Source: Nitrospirota bacterium
GTDB taxonomy: Bacteria > Nitrospirota > Thermodesulfovibrionia > Thermodesulfovibrionales > JdFR-86
NCBI GenBank assembly: GCA_030638335.1
Contig: DAOWET010000001.1
Location: forward strand, 1 to 38,324
DNA: 38,324 nt
Direction of reading: 5' to 3'
In this document: in pieces, positions 1 to 7,997 of the stretch
Layout: each line of letters starts with the position of its first letter
Numbering within the stretch: position 1 is the first letter of the stretch
The notes under the pieces: generated by a model
Seen by the model: the letters and a program-made list of their open reading frames with translations, nothing else
Told to the model about the DNA's origin: nothing
Databases searched by the model: none
Program-made: the position numbers and the translations under genes

Positions 1-97
1 CAGACTCGATCCGAGGGGTGGGAACCACCCCGCTTAAGAATATGATGTTATACATTATTGAACAAGCAAGACAGCCTGATATTGTGGCGGCCTTGCT

Positions 98-868
98 TTA
101 AAACCAAACTTCCTTTAGGAATAACCCCTGTGCGGGCGCTGTGGGGCCAGCGGCATCACGAGATTTGGCATCCAGGACTCCAGGGATATCCGAAGGGGCT
201 AGCTTTCCTCTGCCCACCGCCACAAGCGTACCCGCCATGTTCCTGACCATGTGCCTTAAAAACCCCTCACCCGCGATCTCAAACCTTATAAAACTCCCTG
301 CAAGGGTGAAACCCATGAAACCTATCTCTCCTGTCTGCTTGCAGCTTACCTCAGTCACATTACGCACCGTGTCCTTCACATCCGAGCCAGCGGCCATGAA
401 GGACTTAAAATCGTGCCTGCCCTGAAAATGCCTTGCCGCCTCCGCCATGGCAGCAGTATCCAGTGGAATTGCATGGTGCCACACATAGCGGGAGATAAAG
501 GGAGAAACGTTGTCTGAATTAGCGATCAGATACACATAGCGCTTTCCGGCAGCATCCCTTATGGGATGGAAGTTCTCAGGAACATCTTCCGCCTCAAGCA
601 CACGAACGTCAGGCGGGAGGTTCGCGTTCAGGGCTTTGCGCATGGTCGGCTCGTCAAGGTTCGAATCCGTTTGAAAACATACAGCCTGCCCCAAAGCGTG
701 CACTCCCGAGTCCGTTCTTCCGGCAGCGACAACAGATGCATCCTCTCCGGTCACAGTGCTTACGGCCCCTGCGAGCACGTCCTGCACAGTGCGCTCCCCC
801 TGTGCCTGGCTCTGCCACCCGGCGAATTCCGTCCCGTCGTACTCGATTACCAGCTTGATATTTCGCAC
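98..868 (-). CDS. truA: tRNA pseudouridine(38-40) synthase
   Basis: Motifs EYDGTEFAGWQ, AGRTDSGVHA (catalytic Asp), GFLRHMVR and TAPAQGLFL; GTG start. Confidence 0.97.
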   Translation of the reverse strand: MRNIKLVIEYDGTEFAGWQSQAQGERTVQDVLAGAVSTVTGEDASVVAAGRTDSGVHALGQAVCFQTDSNLDEPTMRKALNANLPPDVRVLEAEDVPENFHPIRDAAGKRYVYLIANSDNVSPFISRYVWHHAIPLDTAAMAEAARHFQGRHDFKSFMAAGSDVKDTVRNVTEVSCKQTGEIGFMGFTLAGSFIRFEIAGEGFLRHMVRNMAGTLVAVGRGKLAPSDIPGVLDAKSRDAAGPTAPAQGLFLKEVWF

Positions 869-890
869 AATACAATTTTACCCTAAAACC
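855..890. promoter_or_regulatory. Overlapping divergent sigma70-like promoters, probably leaderless
   Basis: Plus strand: TTGATA(855-860)-18 nt-TACCCT(879-884)-6 nt-ATG 891. Minus strand: TAAAAT(880-875)-6 nt-GTG 868. The intergenic gap is only 22 nt and has no SD. Confidence 0.5.
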
Positions 891-1958
891 ATGGCGAAGG
901 ATCTGCTAAAGAGCTTACTGCCTCAGGTCAGGGAAAACTGCAATATCTCCGACGCAGGGCACTGGGGCTTCTACTCCACATGCGGACTACTCCTGAGACT
1001 GCGGGAGCTATACCGGTCGGAGCTTGGACTGCACCCGGGCGAATCCATAAAGAACGAGAACGTACTCCCCTGGATAGGAAAGCGCGAGGAACTCTGGGCG
1101 GAGCTTGAGGACGAAGAACTCAAGGACATAACAATAGGCGACAAGACCTTCGGGCCCTTTGACACAGATGGTGTCAATCGCTCCATAGAAGCCGCTGGGT
1201 TCATATACGGGGCCGGGCTTGGACAGTTCATGAAGCCTATTTTCTTTCTTGCCGAACTGGAATCAGCTTCTGAGATGAATGGCTTCCGTGTTCTTGTTGC
1301 AGGGAAGGAACATGCCCGCGACCTCTCCGTAAATCCCGCAATGTCGCGCGGTGCGACCATAATAGCCAGGCGCGACATTACGCAAACGCTCATATACGGC
1401 AGGTTCGAGGAGTTCCTCTCATCACGGAACAGAAAAGGTGCACTTGTCCTGGGCTTTAACCACTACGGCATAAACGGGCCCGATGACATGGAGGCGCTGG
1501 GAAATGTTGTAGACAGCGAGCTCTTGAGTTTCATTCACCACGAGATCGGAGAGATGCATGTCTCAGCCAATACCAACCTCAGGCTTTCAGAACTCATCTC
1601 CTCCCTTGCCCCGCACGGAAGGGCTCCCTCGGCAGTGCGCGATATAAAGGACGTGCTTGCCGACACGGTTGACGGAGGAATGCTCAGGCATATAACTGAC
1701 AATAAAAAATCAGGCTCTCTGGGACTTTACATATCCTCGCTCTCAGGGCTCAGGTACTCGCTGTCCCTGCCCCTGAGAAAGGCCTGGCAAGGCTTTGGCA
1801 CAGACGTGAGATGGGACAAGGTGGAGGAGGCCCGGGCCAACATTTACAGTGCAACTCTGGAGCTTGCCTGCAGGCTCTCCGAGCTTACCGCCAAAAGACA
1901 TGGCTCACCCGAAAACCTCGCTGCCAATGTCGAAGGTCTTCTTCCATGTAATAGTTGA
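891..1958 (+). CDS. Conserved hypothetical protein (Sfum_1244-like family)
   Basis: The N-terminal QVRENCNISDAGHWGFYSTCGLLLRLRELY and later IHHEIGE resemble this family as I recall it. Start moved from 756 (which overlaps truA) to the in-frame ATG at 891. Confidence 0.7.
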   Translation: MAKDLLKSLLPQVRENCNISDAGHWGFYSTCGLLLRLRELYRSELGLHPGESIKNENVLPWIGKREELWAELEDEELKDITIGDKTFGPFDTDGVNRSIEAAGFIYGAGLGQFMKPIFFLAELESASEMNGFRVLVAGKEHARDLSVNPAMSRGATIIARRDITQTLIYGRFEEFLSSRNRKGALVLGFNHYGINGPDDMEALGNVVDSELLSFIHHEIGEMHVSANTNLRLSELISSLAPHGRAPSAVRDIKDVLADTVDGGMLRHITDNKKSGSLGLYISSLSGLRYSLSLPLRKAWQGFGTDVRWDKVEEARANIYSATLELACRLSELTAKRHGSPENLAANVEGLLPCNS

Positions 1959-2030
1959 CCTGCCACTGCTTGCGCCCGTATACTTAACACCTATGAAACG
2001 GGCGGTTGAAAATGCACTGGGATAAGCCCT
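1955..2030 (+). pseudogene. Decayed duplicate of the argS promoter and first codons (MKRAVENALG*)
   Basis: 1976-2030 matches 3224-3278 at 46/55 nt, with the same TTGAC-18-TANACT-8-ATG spacing and a premature TAA at 2023-2025. Confidence 0.8.
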
Positions 2031-2087
2031 GAAAGCCGATAAAATTGAAGCGCCCAGCTATCTTACTATATAATATATTCTGAAACT

Positions 2088-3176
2088 ATGAAAAAAATAT
2101 CAGCAAAAACCCTTATAACGAACCTGGCCCTCTCACTCATGGCCACACTTCTATGCATTGCTGTGGTCGAAGGGGCCTTCAGGGTAAAGGCATACCTTTA
2201 CGAGAGCGATCTGTATGCGAAAAAGGACAAGATAAAAGAGAACCTGCAAAATAAAGGTTTCCTTTCGAACACTGATTTTGGAACAAGGATCCAGCCCAGC
2301 AAATACGAAGACATATTCTTCGAACTCAAACCCCTCCAGCAATGGAACTACCTTGGCGCCGATGTGTCCACGAGCAGCATGGGCTTCAGGGACAGGGAGT
2401 ACACTGTGGAGAAGGCTCCCGGCACTTTGCGCATATTCGGTATCGGGGATTCCATAATGTTCGGACAGGGCGTGCCTCAGGAAGAAACTTACCTTTCACT
2501 GCTTGAGGCCATGCTGAACAAACGCCACCCGGAATATAACTGGGAGGTCATAAACTCCGCAGTGCCTGACTACAACACCTCGGCGGAAGTGGAAACACTT
2601 CGCTACAAGGGGCTGAAGTACAAGCCCGACCTGGTGGTCATGGGGATATGCACCAATGATTTCGACATGCCTGCCCTGGTTTTCTACATGGGACTGCCCG
2701 ACGAGCGCAACATGGGCCGCTATTTCTCGCTACAACATTCTTTTTTCGTCCAATATATCAGACACAGGATGAAGCGGGAACCATTTCTTATTCCAGGGTT
2801 CACTCACAAATACGTCGAGATGTCAGGCGGAAAAGGAGTGTTTAAGGCGATAAAGGAACTCAAGAGAATATCTATCATAGGAGATTTCCCTGTGCTTGTG
2901 TTCCACCTTGCCAATGACACCAACAAGAACGTCATGGACCTCATGAAGACCGCAAACGCCTATGGCATGCCTGCTGTAGACGTCTCACCTATGATCCAGA
3001 GATACATGAAATATCAGGGCATAAAGGATTACTTCGACTCCGCGCTCTCCGTATCCGACGGGCACCCCTCATCCACCAGCCATGAAATAGCTGCAAACGC
3101 CCTTTTTGAATATCTTGAAAGCAGCGGGCTTGTCAGCATGTTGCTCTCCAAAGAACCCGGCCCTTCATCACGGTAA
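2088..3176 (+). CDS. Membrane-anchored SGNH/GDSL hydrolase family protein
   Basis: N-terminal hydrophobic helix; block I GDSIMFG, block II INSAVPDYNT, block III GICTND, block V DGHP. Confidence 0.85.
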   Translation: MKKISAKTLITNLALSLMATLLCIAVVEGAFRVKAYLYESDLYAKKDKIKENLQNKGFLSNTDFGTRIQPSKYEDIFFELKPLQQWNYLGADVSTSSMGFRDREYTVEKAPGTLRIFGIGDSIMFGQGVPQEETYLSLLEAMLNKRHPEYNWEVINSAVPDYNTSAEVETLRYKGLKYKPDLVVMGICTNDFDMPALVFYMGLPDERNMGRYFSLQHSFFVQYIRHRMKREPFLIPGFTHKYVEMSGGKGVFKAIKELKRISIIGDFPVLVFHLANDTNKNVMDLMKTANAYGMPAVDVSPMIQRYMKYQGIKDYFDSALSVSDGHPSSTSHEIAANALFEYLESSGLVSMLLSKEPGPSSR

Positions 3177-3202
3177 GCTCACAGCAAACCGGGCATCTTG
3201 AT

Positions 3203-3240
3203 TTGACTTACCCCATCGGTCAGCCGTAAACTTAATCCCT
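3203..3240 (+). promoter_or_regulatory. argS promoter (leaderless geometry)
   Basis: TTGACT(3203-3208)-18 nt-TAAACT(3227-3232)-8 nt-ATG; no SD. Confidence 0.6.
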
Positions 3241-4890
3241 ATGAAACGAGCGGTTGAAAAAGCACTCAGAGACGCCCTCTCGGCCATTGGGGCTGATGCC
3301 TCGGGCCCTATCGAGATACAGATCCCAAAGGACGAGACACACGGAGACCTGGCCTCCCCAATAGCCATGGGCCTGGCCAAGGAGCTCCGGAAGTCGCCAC
3401 GTGCGATCGCGGAGGACATTGCCGCACATATAAGCGAGCGGGCAGCAGACACCTTTACCCGAGTGGAGGTGGCGGGGCCGGGTTTTCTGAACTTCACCTT
3501 TTCCCCTGACTTCCTGCACAAGGGCGCGCTTGGCATACTGAACAAGGGTAAGGAGCATTTCAGCTCTGACGTGGGTGCCGGCACACGCGTACAGGTGGAG
3601 TTCGTAAGCGCCAACCCCACAGGCCCCCTGCACCTTGGGCACGGACGCGGAGCAGCACTTGGGTGCGCGCTCTCAAACCTGCTTGAGGCCGCAGGCTATG
3701 AAGTTGTTCGCGAGTACTATGTCAACGACGCCGGGCGGCAGGTGAGCCTGCTTGGCCAGAGCGTCTTTGCGCGCTACCAGGAGCTTCTTGGCAACTCATA
3801 CCCCATCCCCGAGGACGGGTACAAGGGCGACTACATATCGGATGCGGCCCAGTCCATCCTGGACAAGGAAGGCGATAAACACAAGGGCTCCTCCTTTGAA
3901 GATGCCTCCAGCTTCTTCATAGATACCTCCCTGGGGCTCATGCTGGACGTAATAAAAGAAGACCTCGCGGACTTTGGTGTGTCCTTCGACTCCTGGCAGA
4001 GCGAACGGGCGTTGCACGACGAGGGGGCTGTAAAGCACGCTATAGATTTCCTCGCGGGCAAGGGCCTGATCTACGAAGAAGGCGGCGCAAGATGGTTCCG
4101 CGCCGAGGACTTTGGAGATGACAAGAACCGCGTGGTCATAAAGGCAGACGGCAACCACACATATTTCGCCTCGGACATAGCCTACCACCTCAAAAAGGTG
4201 GAAAGCGGTTTTACGGAAGTGATAGACATATGGGGCGCTGACCACCACGGCTACGTGCCGAGAATGGAGGCGGTCATGGACGCCCTTGGCCCGGGGCGCG
4301 AACACCTGAAGGTCCTGCTTGTGCAGATGGTCTCCCTCCTGAGGGGCGGAGAGCCGGTGCAAATGTCAAAACGCTCCGGGAACTTCGTGCCCCTCAAGGA
4401 AGTAATGGAAGAGGTAGGCGCGGACACCACCAAGTTCATCTTCCTCACACGCCGGCACGACAGCCAGCTCTCCTTTGACCTGGAGGTGGCAAAGGCCGAG
4501 TCCTCCGAGAACCCGGTCTTCTACATCCAGTACGCAAACGCCCGCATCTCAAGCATATTCAGGAAGGCCAGTGACGTGGGCGTATTAACTAATAACCTGG
4601 AAAACGCCGACTTAAGCCCTCTCACCGATAACGACGAGCTGCGGCTCATACGCAAGCTCCTCAGTTACCGCATGACCCTGGAGGGCGCCGCACTTGCGCG
4701 CGAGCCACACCGGCTGACCTTCTACCTGCAGGAGCTTGCTGGACTCTTCCACCCCTTCTACAAGCACCACCGCGTGCTCACAGAGGACGCCGGGCTCACC
4801 ACTGCCCGCCTGGCCCTTTGCGAGGCAGTGCGCGTGGTCATACGCCACGCCCTTGGCGTGCTCGGCATCTCGGCCCCTGACCGCATGTAG
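3241..4890 (+). CDS. argS: Arginine--tRNA ligase
   Basis: VEFVSANPTGPLHLGHGRG, WGADHHGY, MSKR, YIQYANARI and C-terminal APDRM. Confidence 0.98.
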   Translation: MKRAVEKALRDALSAIGADASGPIEIQIPKDETHGDLASPIAMGLAKELRKSPRAIAEDIAAHISERAADTFTRVEVAGPGFLNFTFSPDFLHKGALGILNKGKEHFSSDVGAGTRVQVEFVSANPTGPLHLGHGRGAALGCALSNLLEAAGYEVVREYYVNDAGRQVSLLGQSVFARYQELLGNSYPIPEDGYKGDYISDAAQSILDKEGDKHKGSSFEDASSFFIDTSLGLMLDVIKEDLADFGVSFDSWQSERALHDEGAVKHAIDFLAGKGLIYEEGGARWFRAEDFGDDKNRVVIKADGNHTYFASDIAYHLKKVESGFTEVIDIWGADHHGYVPRMEAVMDALGPGREHLKVLLVQMVSLLRGGEPVQMSKRSGNFVPLKEVMEEVGADTTKFIFLTRRHDSQLSFDLEVAKAESSENPVFYIQYANARISSIFRKASDVGVLTNNLENADLSPLTDNDELRLIRKLLSYRMTLEGAALAREPHRLTFYLQELAGLFHPFYKHHRVLTEDAGLTTARLALCEAVRVVIRHALGVLGISAPDRM

Positions 4891-4910
4891 CTAATTGCTT
4901 TGAGACGATC

Positions 4911-5013
4911 TTCGGGGCTGGATACAGCGCATATACTGCGCAATGGAGGACTCGTGGTATAGGGATACAACTTCGTCCTCCATTGCTTGTCTCTGCACTA
5001 TCCCAACCCCGAA
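4911..5013 (-). repeat. Structured hairpin element, copy A
   Basis: Long imperfect inverted repeat with perfect 12-bp arms at 4940-4951 and 4975-4986. On the minus strand the outer stem pairs fully using G-U pairs and one bulge. GAA/GA internal loop as in copies B and C. Confidence 0.8.
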
Positions 5014-5120
5014 TCTCTACGTCAGACGCGCGAACTTCCGCTGAACTCAGGAAAACTACTAATTAAAAACATTTCTATAACAATATGCTAAAGGGGTAAG
5101 GCCACTACAACACCCAGAGA

Positions 5121-5135
5121 AGTGCCCGTGGCACT
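5121..5135. repeat. Short REP-like palindrome (GCCACGGGC family)
   Basis: AGTGCC-CGT-GGCACT; related motifs at 5282, 19195 and 19325. Confidence 0.55.
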
Positions 5136-5281
5136 CTTTTAACTGGTGGCTGTCTGCCCCAACCGCATGCAATTCATCTTTTCCCTTTAAAAGAATCTTC
5201 TAATAAGGAATTAATGTTCAGGTTCTGTAGCGCATGAGATAAAACTGAACACGGTTTCTGATTCGTTCATATACAAGTAAG

Positions 5282-5302
5282 GGGCCACGGGCCCTTTTAT
5301 TT
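5282..5302 (+). repeat. Short REP-like palindrome GGGCCACGGGCCC with T-rich tail (possible weak terminator)
   Basis: Identical 13-mer at 19195-19207. Confidence 0.55.
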
Positions 5303-5335
5303 ATCTTTGCCGTAGGTTCGAATTATCGCAGACCC

Positions 5336-5443
5336 CCACGGTTTCTGATTTAGTGTAGATGCAAAGAAGAAAGTATGAAGGAGTACTTCTTCGTACTTCG
5401 AATGCTTTATTCTGCCGCAGATGCGCTGAATCAGGAAGCGTGG
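5336..5443 (+). repeat. Structured hairpin element, copy B
   Basis: 108-nt hairpin pairing on the plus strand through several G-U pairs, with GA/GA and GAA/GA internal loops; homologous to 19339-19436. Confidence 0.85.
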
Positions 5444-6181
5444 TTACTCTTCTTGGTAGCCGCAGGAGTAACACCCCCACTTCTCATACAACTCATACCA
5501 GGCAAGTTCTCCCCCGCACTGCGGGCACGGCTTCTGATCCGCTGATGCTTCGTCCGGCTCCTGCGTTTCAGCCACATCAAAATCCAGCGAACTCACAAGT
5601 GTCTCCATCTTCTCGTCAGACGGGGCTGAGGGCGCTGATTTGAGATTCTTGTGGTTAAGCTTGTCCTTGAAGGCCACCATTTCATCGTCGAGCATCCTGG
5701 CGGCCTCGTCCATCCTCTGCTCGGCCTTCTTGATCATGCTCTCGCCGTCCGTGGCCTCGGATTTGGCCTGCTCGTACTCGTCATTGAGCTGGCGCACCTC
5801 GTCATTGAGATCCTCTATCCGGGCCTTCAGCTCCTTTGCGCGCCTGGCCGAGTTGCTCATCTCATCCCTCTTTTCGTCAAGGGCTTGGGCGAATAGCTTC
5901 TGCTGTTTCTTGAGGGTTGTGCGCTGCTGCTCGGCAGAGGCCAGGATGTCGTCCTTGTCAAGGTCCGCGGCGTGCTCCATGGCCTTCAGGGCCGCGCTCA
6001 CGCGCTTGCCCTCGTCAGGGATCTCTCCACGGAAGGATTCCATCATCTTGATGAACTTCACGACCGTTCCGCCCGCCTTGGCCATCTCGCGCCTGAGGCG
6101 GTCAGCGATCTGCTCCCTGCTCAGCTCAAGTATGCCCGGCTTTTTGGCAGACAAGCTTTTCCTATCCCCGGATTTCCCCAT
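5444..6181 (-). CDS. Hypothetical coiled-coil protein with C-terminal Zn ribbon
   Basis: Long charged helical region, then CPQC-x13-CYSC at the C terminus; strong promoter directly upstream. Confidence 0.8.
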   Translation of the reverse strand: MGKSGDRKSLSAKKPGILELSREQIADRLRREMAKAGGTVVKFIKMMESFRGEIPDEGKRVSAALKAMEHAADLDKDDILASAEQQRTTLKKQQKLFAQALDEKRDEMSNSARRAKELKARIEDLNDEVRQLNDEYEQAKSEATDGESMIKKAEQRMDEAARMLDDEMVAFKDKLNHKNLKSAPSAPSDEKMETLVSSLDFDVAETQEPDEASADQKPCPQCGGELAWYELYEKWGCYSCGYQEE

Positions 6182-6215
6182 AAGTCATTATACCTTAAGA
6201 ATATTTTACCATCAA
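6182..6215 (-). promoter_or_regulatory. sigma70-like promoter (leaderless geometry)
   Basis: Minus strand TTGATG-17 nt-TATAAT-5 nt-ATG(6181). Confidence 0.65.
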
Positions 6216-6254
6216 GATGCTGGGCAATGTTATTTTATTTGCCCGATTGCCCGA

Positions 6255-6291
6255 TTGACAATACTGAGCCGCTATTGTTATAACAATTGCC
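6255..6291 (+). promoter_or_regulatory. ilvE promoter (leaderless geometry)
   Basis: TTGACA(6255-6260)-18 nt-TATAAC(6279-6284) with an upstream TG, then 7 nt to ATG 6292; no SD. Confidence 0.6.
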
Positions 6292-7206
6292 ATGTCCGTG
6301 AAGGCTGATAAGATATGGATGGACGGGAAACTCGTCAACTGGGACGACGCCAAGGTCCATGTCCTTACCCATACCCTGCACTACGGCCTGGGAGTGTTCG
6401 AGGGCATCCGCTGCTACGAGACCCCTGAGGGCCCGGCCATCTTCCGCCTTGACGAGCACGTGGAGCGCCTCATAAAGAGCGCGTCCATATTCCAGATGGA
6501 GATACCCTTCTCGCACACGGAGATCTGCGAGGCCATCAAGGTCACGGTTAAAGAGAACAAACTACAGGAATGCTACATCCGGCCCATCGCCTTCATAGGC
6601 GCGGGCGCAATGGGCCTTTACGCCAAAGAAAACCCCATCCAGCTCTCAATTGCCGCCTGGAACTGGGGCGCGTACCTTGGCGAGGACGGCATAAATAACG
6701 GCATAAAGGTAAAGACCTCTTCATTCATCCGGGGCCACGTGAACTCGAACATGACCATGGCCAAGGTATGCGGCTATTATGTAAACAGCCAGCTTGCAAA
6801 GAACGAGGCCATCTCCTGCGGGTATGACGAGGCCCTGCTTCTTGACACCGAGGGCTACGTGAGCGAGGGCAGCGGGGAGAACGTCTTCATAGAGCGCGGC
6901 GGAGCGCTCAAGACCACCCCGCTTACGAGCATCCTGGAGGGCATCACCCGCGCAAGCGTCATCACCATGGCGCATGACGAGGGCATAGAGGTCAGCCAGG
7001 AGCGTTTCACGCGCGACGAGGTCTACATATCCGACGAGGCATTCTTCACAGGCACTGCGGCGGAGATCACTCCCATTCGCGAGCTTGACGGGCGCACCAT
7101 CGGGTCAGGCAAACCAGGCCCCATCACCAAGAAGATTCAGTCCACCTTCTTCGACACAGTAAAAGGGAAAAACAGCAAATACAGCTCCTGGCTCTCCCAC
7201 ATTTAA
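6292..7206 (+). CDS. ilvE: Branched-chain amino acid aminotransferase
   Basis: [22 protein letters not shown] (PLP Lys), [15 protein letters not shown] and [11 protein letters not shown]. Confidence 0.97.
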   Translation: MSVKADKIWMDGKLVNWDDAKVHVLTHTLHYGLGVFEGIRCYETPEGPAIFRLDEHVERLIKSASIFQMEIPFSHTEICEAIKVTVKENKLQECYIRPIAFIGAGAMGLYAKENPIQLSIAAWNWGAYLGEDGINNGIKVKTSSFIRGHVNSNMTMAKVCGYYVNSQLAKNEAISCGYDEALLLDTEGYVSEGSGENVFIERGGALKTTPLTSILEGITRASVITMAHDEGIEVSQERFTRDEVYISDEAFFTGTAAEITPIRELDGRTIGSGKPGPITKKIQSTFFDTVKGKNSKYSSWLSHI

Positions 7207-7290
7207 GCCCGAAACACCCGCATACAACACCCCTGGCAGCATACTCCCTGGATCGAGTCCTGTCATGCCAATTCACTGGAATGAAACAAT

Positions 7291-7325
7291 AAAAATGGCC
7301 TCCGGCACACAGCCGGAGACCATTT
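7291..7325 (-). terminator. Rho-independent terminator, possibly bidirectional
   Basis: Minus strand AAATGGTCTCCGGC-TGTGT-GCCGGAGGCCATTTTT, lying between convergent genes. Confidence 0.75.
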
Positions 7326-7348
7326 GAAGTCTTCGCTATTTAAGGATA

Positions 7349-7873
7349 TTACTGTGCAGGAGCTTCCTTATCAGGGGCGGGCGCTGCCTCGGACTCCTGT
7401 GCCGGGGCATCAGCCGCAGGCTCTGCATCCGCGCTCTGTGCTTCCTGTGCCTGTACAGCCGGGGCATCTTCAACAGGCGCGGCCGATTCGCCCGCAACTG
7501 GCTTCAGCGCTGCAACTGCATCAAGGGCATCCAGCCTCAGGGAGCTGTCAGGATATTCCTTGAGGAACTCCTCAAAGGCCTTCAGGGAATCGGCATTGTC
7601 ACCCTGTACCGCCATGTTAAGGGCATCGTTGAACTTCTGGAGTTCCACCTCGTCGATCTCGATGACTTCCTTGCCCTTCCAGTAGACAGCGTCAGCTTCA
7701 TCAGAGGCCGCACCACGCACGCCTCCCACTGCCGTTGTCACTGATGCCTTTTTCTTCGGCGTGATCCCCTGAACCCTGCTTTTGAGGCTGCTCCAGAAGG
7801 ACTTGCCCGCGGCCATGCTCGTGGCAGGGACGAACAGGGATAATGCGATTATGAGAATAATTGCATGTTTCAT
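7349..7873 (-). CDS. Small secreted protein with a TPR-like helix pair and an Ala/Pro/Glu-rich tail
   Basis: Signal peptide MKHAIILIIALSLFVPATSMA; TTAVGGVRGA motif; FEEFLKEYPDS resembles YbgF/BamD-type TPRs; SD GGAGGTG upstream. Confidence 0.8.
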   Translation of the reverse strand: MKHAIILIIALSLFVPATSMAAGKSFWSSLKSRVQGITPKKKASVTTAVGGVRGAASDEADAVYWKGKEVIEIDEVELQKFNDALNMAVQGDNADSLKAFEEFLKEYPDSSLRLDALDAVAALKPVAGESAAPVEDAPAVQAQEAQSADAEPAADAPAQESEAAPAPDKEAPAQ

Positions 7874-7953
7874 GATACGTTCACCTCCAAGGTGTTCTCA
7901 AAAGCTGTTTCAGGGAACCATAGACATTTTCCCGTTTCCTATATTCTACCATG

Positions 7954-7984
7954 CCCCCATGGCCCCTGGAAGGGGCCATGGGGG
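7954..7984. repeat. Perfect 14-bp inverted repeat hairpin
   Basis: CCCCCATGGCCCCT-GGA-AGGGGCCATGGGGG, 13 nt after the stop of the large NHL gene. Confidence 0.75.
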
Positions 7985-7997
7985 TTTTAGAGTCATA

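Noticed and set aside
756-890. N-terminal extensions in the ORF track (756, 11759, 21776, 25675, 27671)
   Set aside because: They overlap neighbouring genes or promoter regions; downstream starts fit SD or promoter signals and family N-termini better.
4911-5443. Hairpins as CRISPR repeats, integron attC sites or tRNAs
   Set aside because: No regular repeat-spacer array, no RYYYAAC/GTTRRRY ends, no cloverleaf or T-loop, and no cas or intI gene.
5359-5643. ORFs 5359-5643 and 19370-19942 share the peptide TSNALFxRRC
   Set aside because: The similarity comes from translating hairpin elements B and C; the rest of each ORF is antisense to a real gene.
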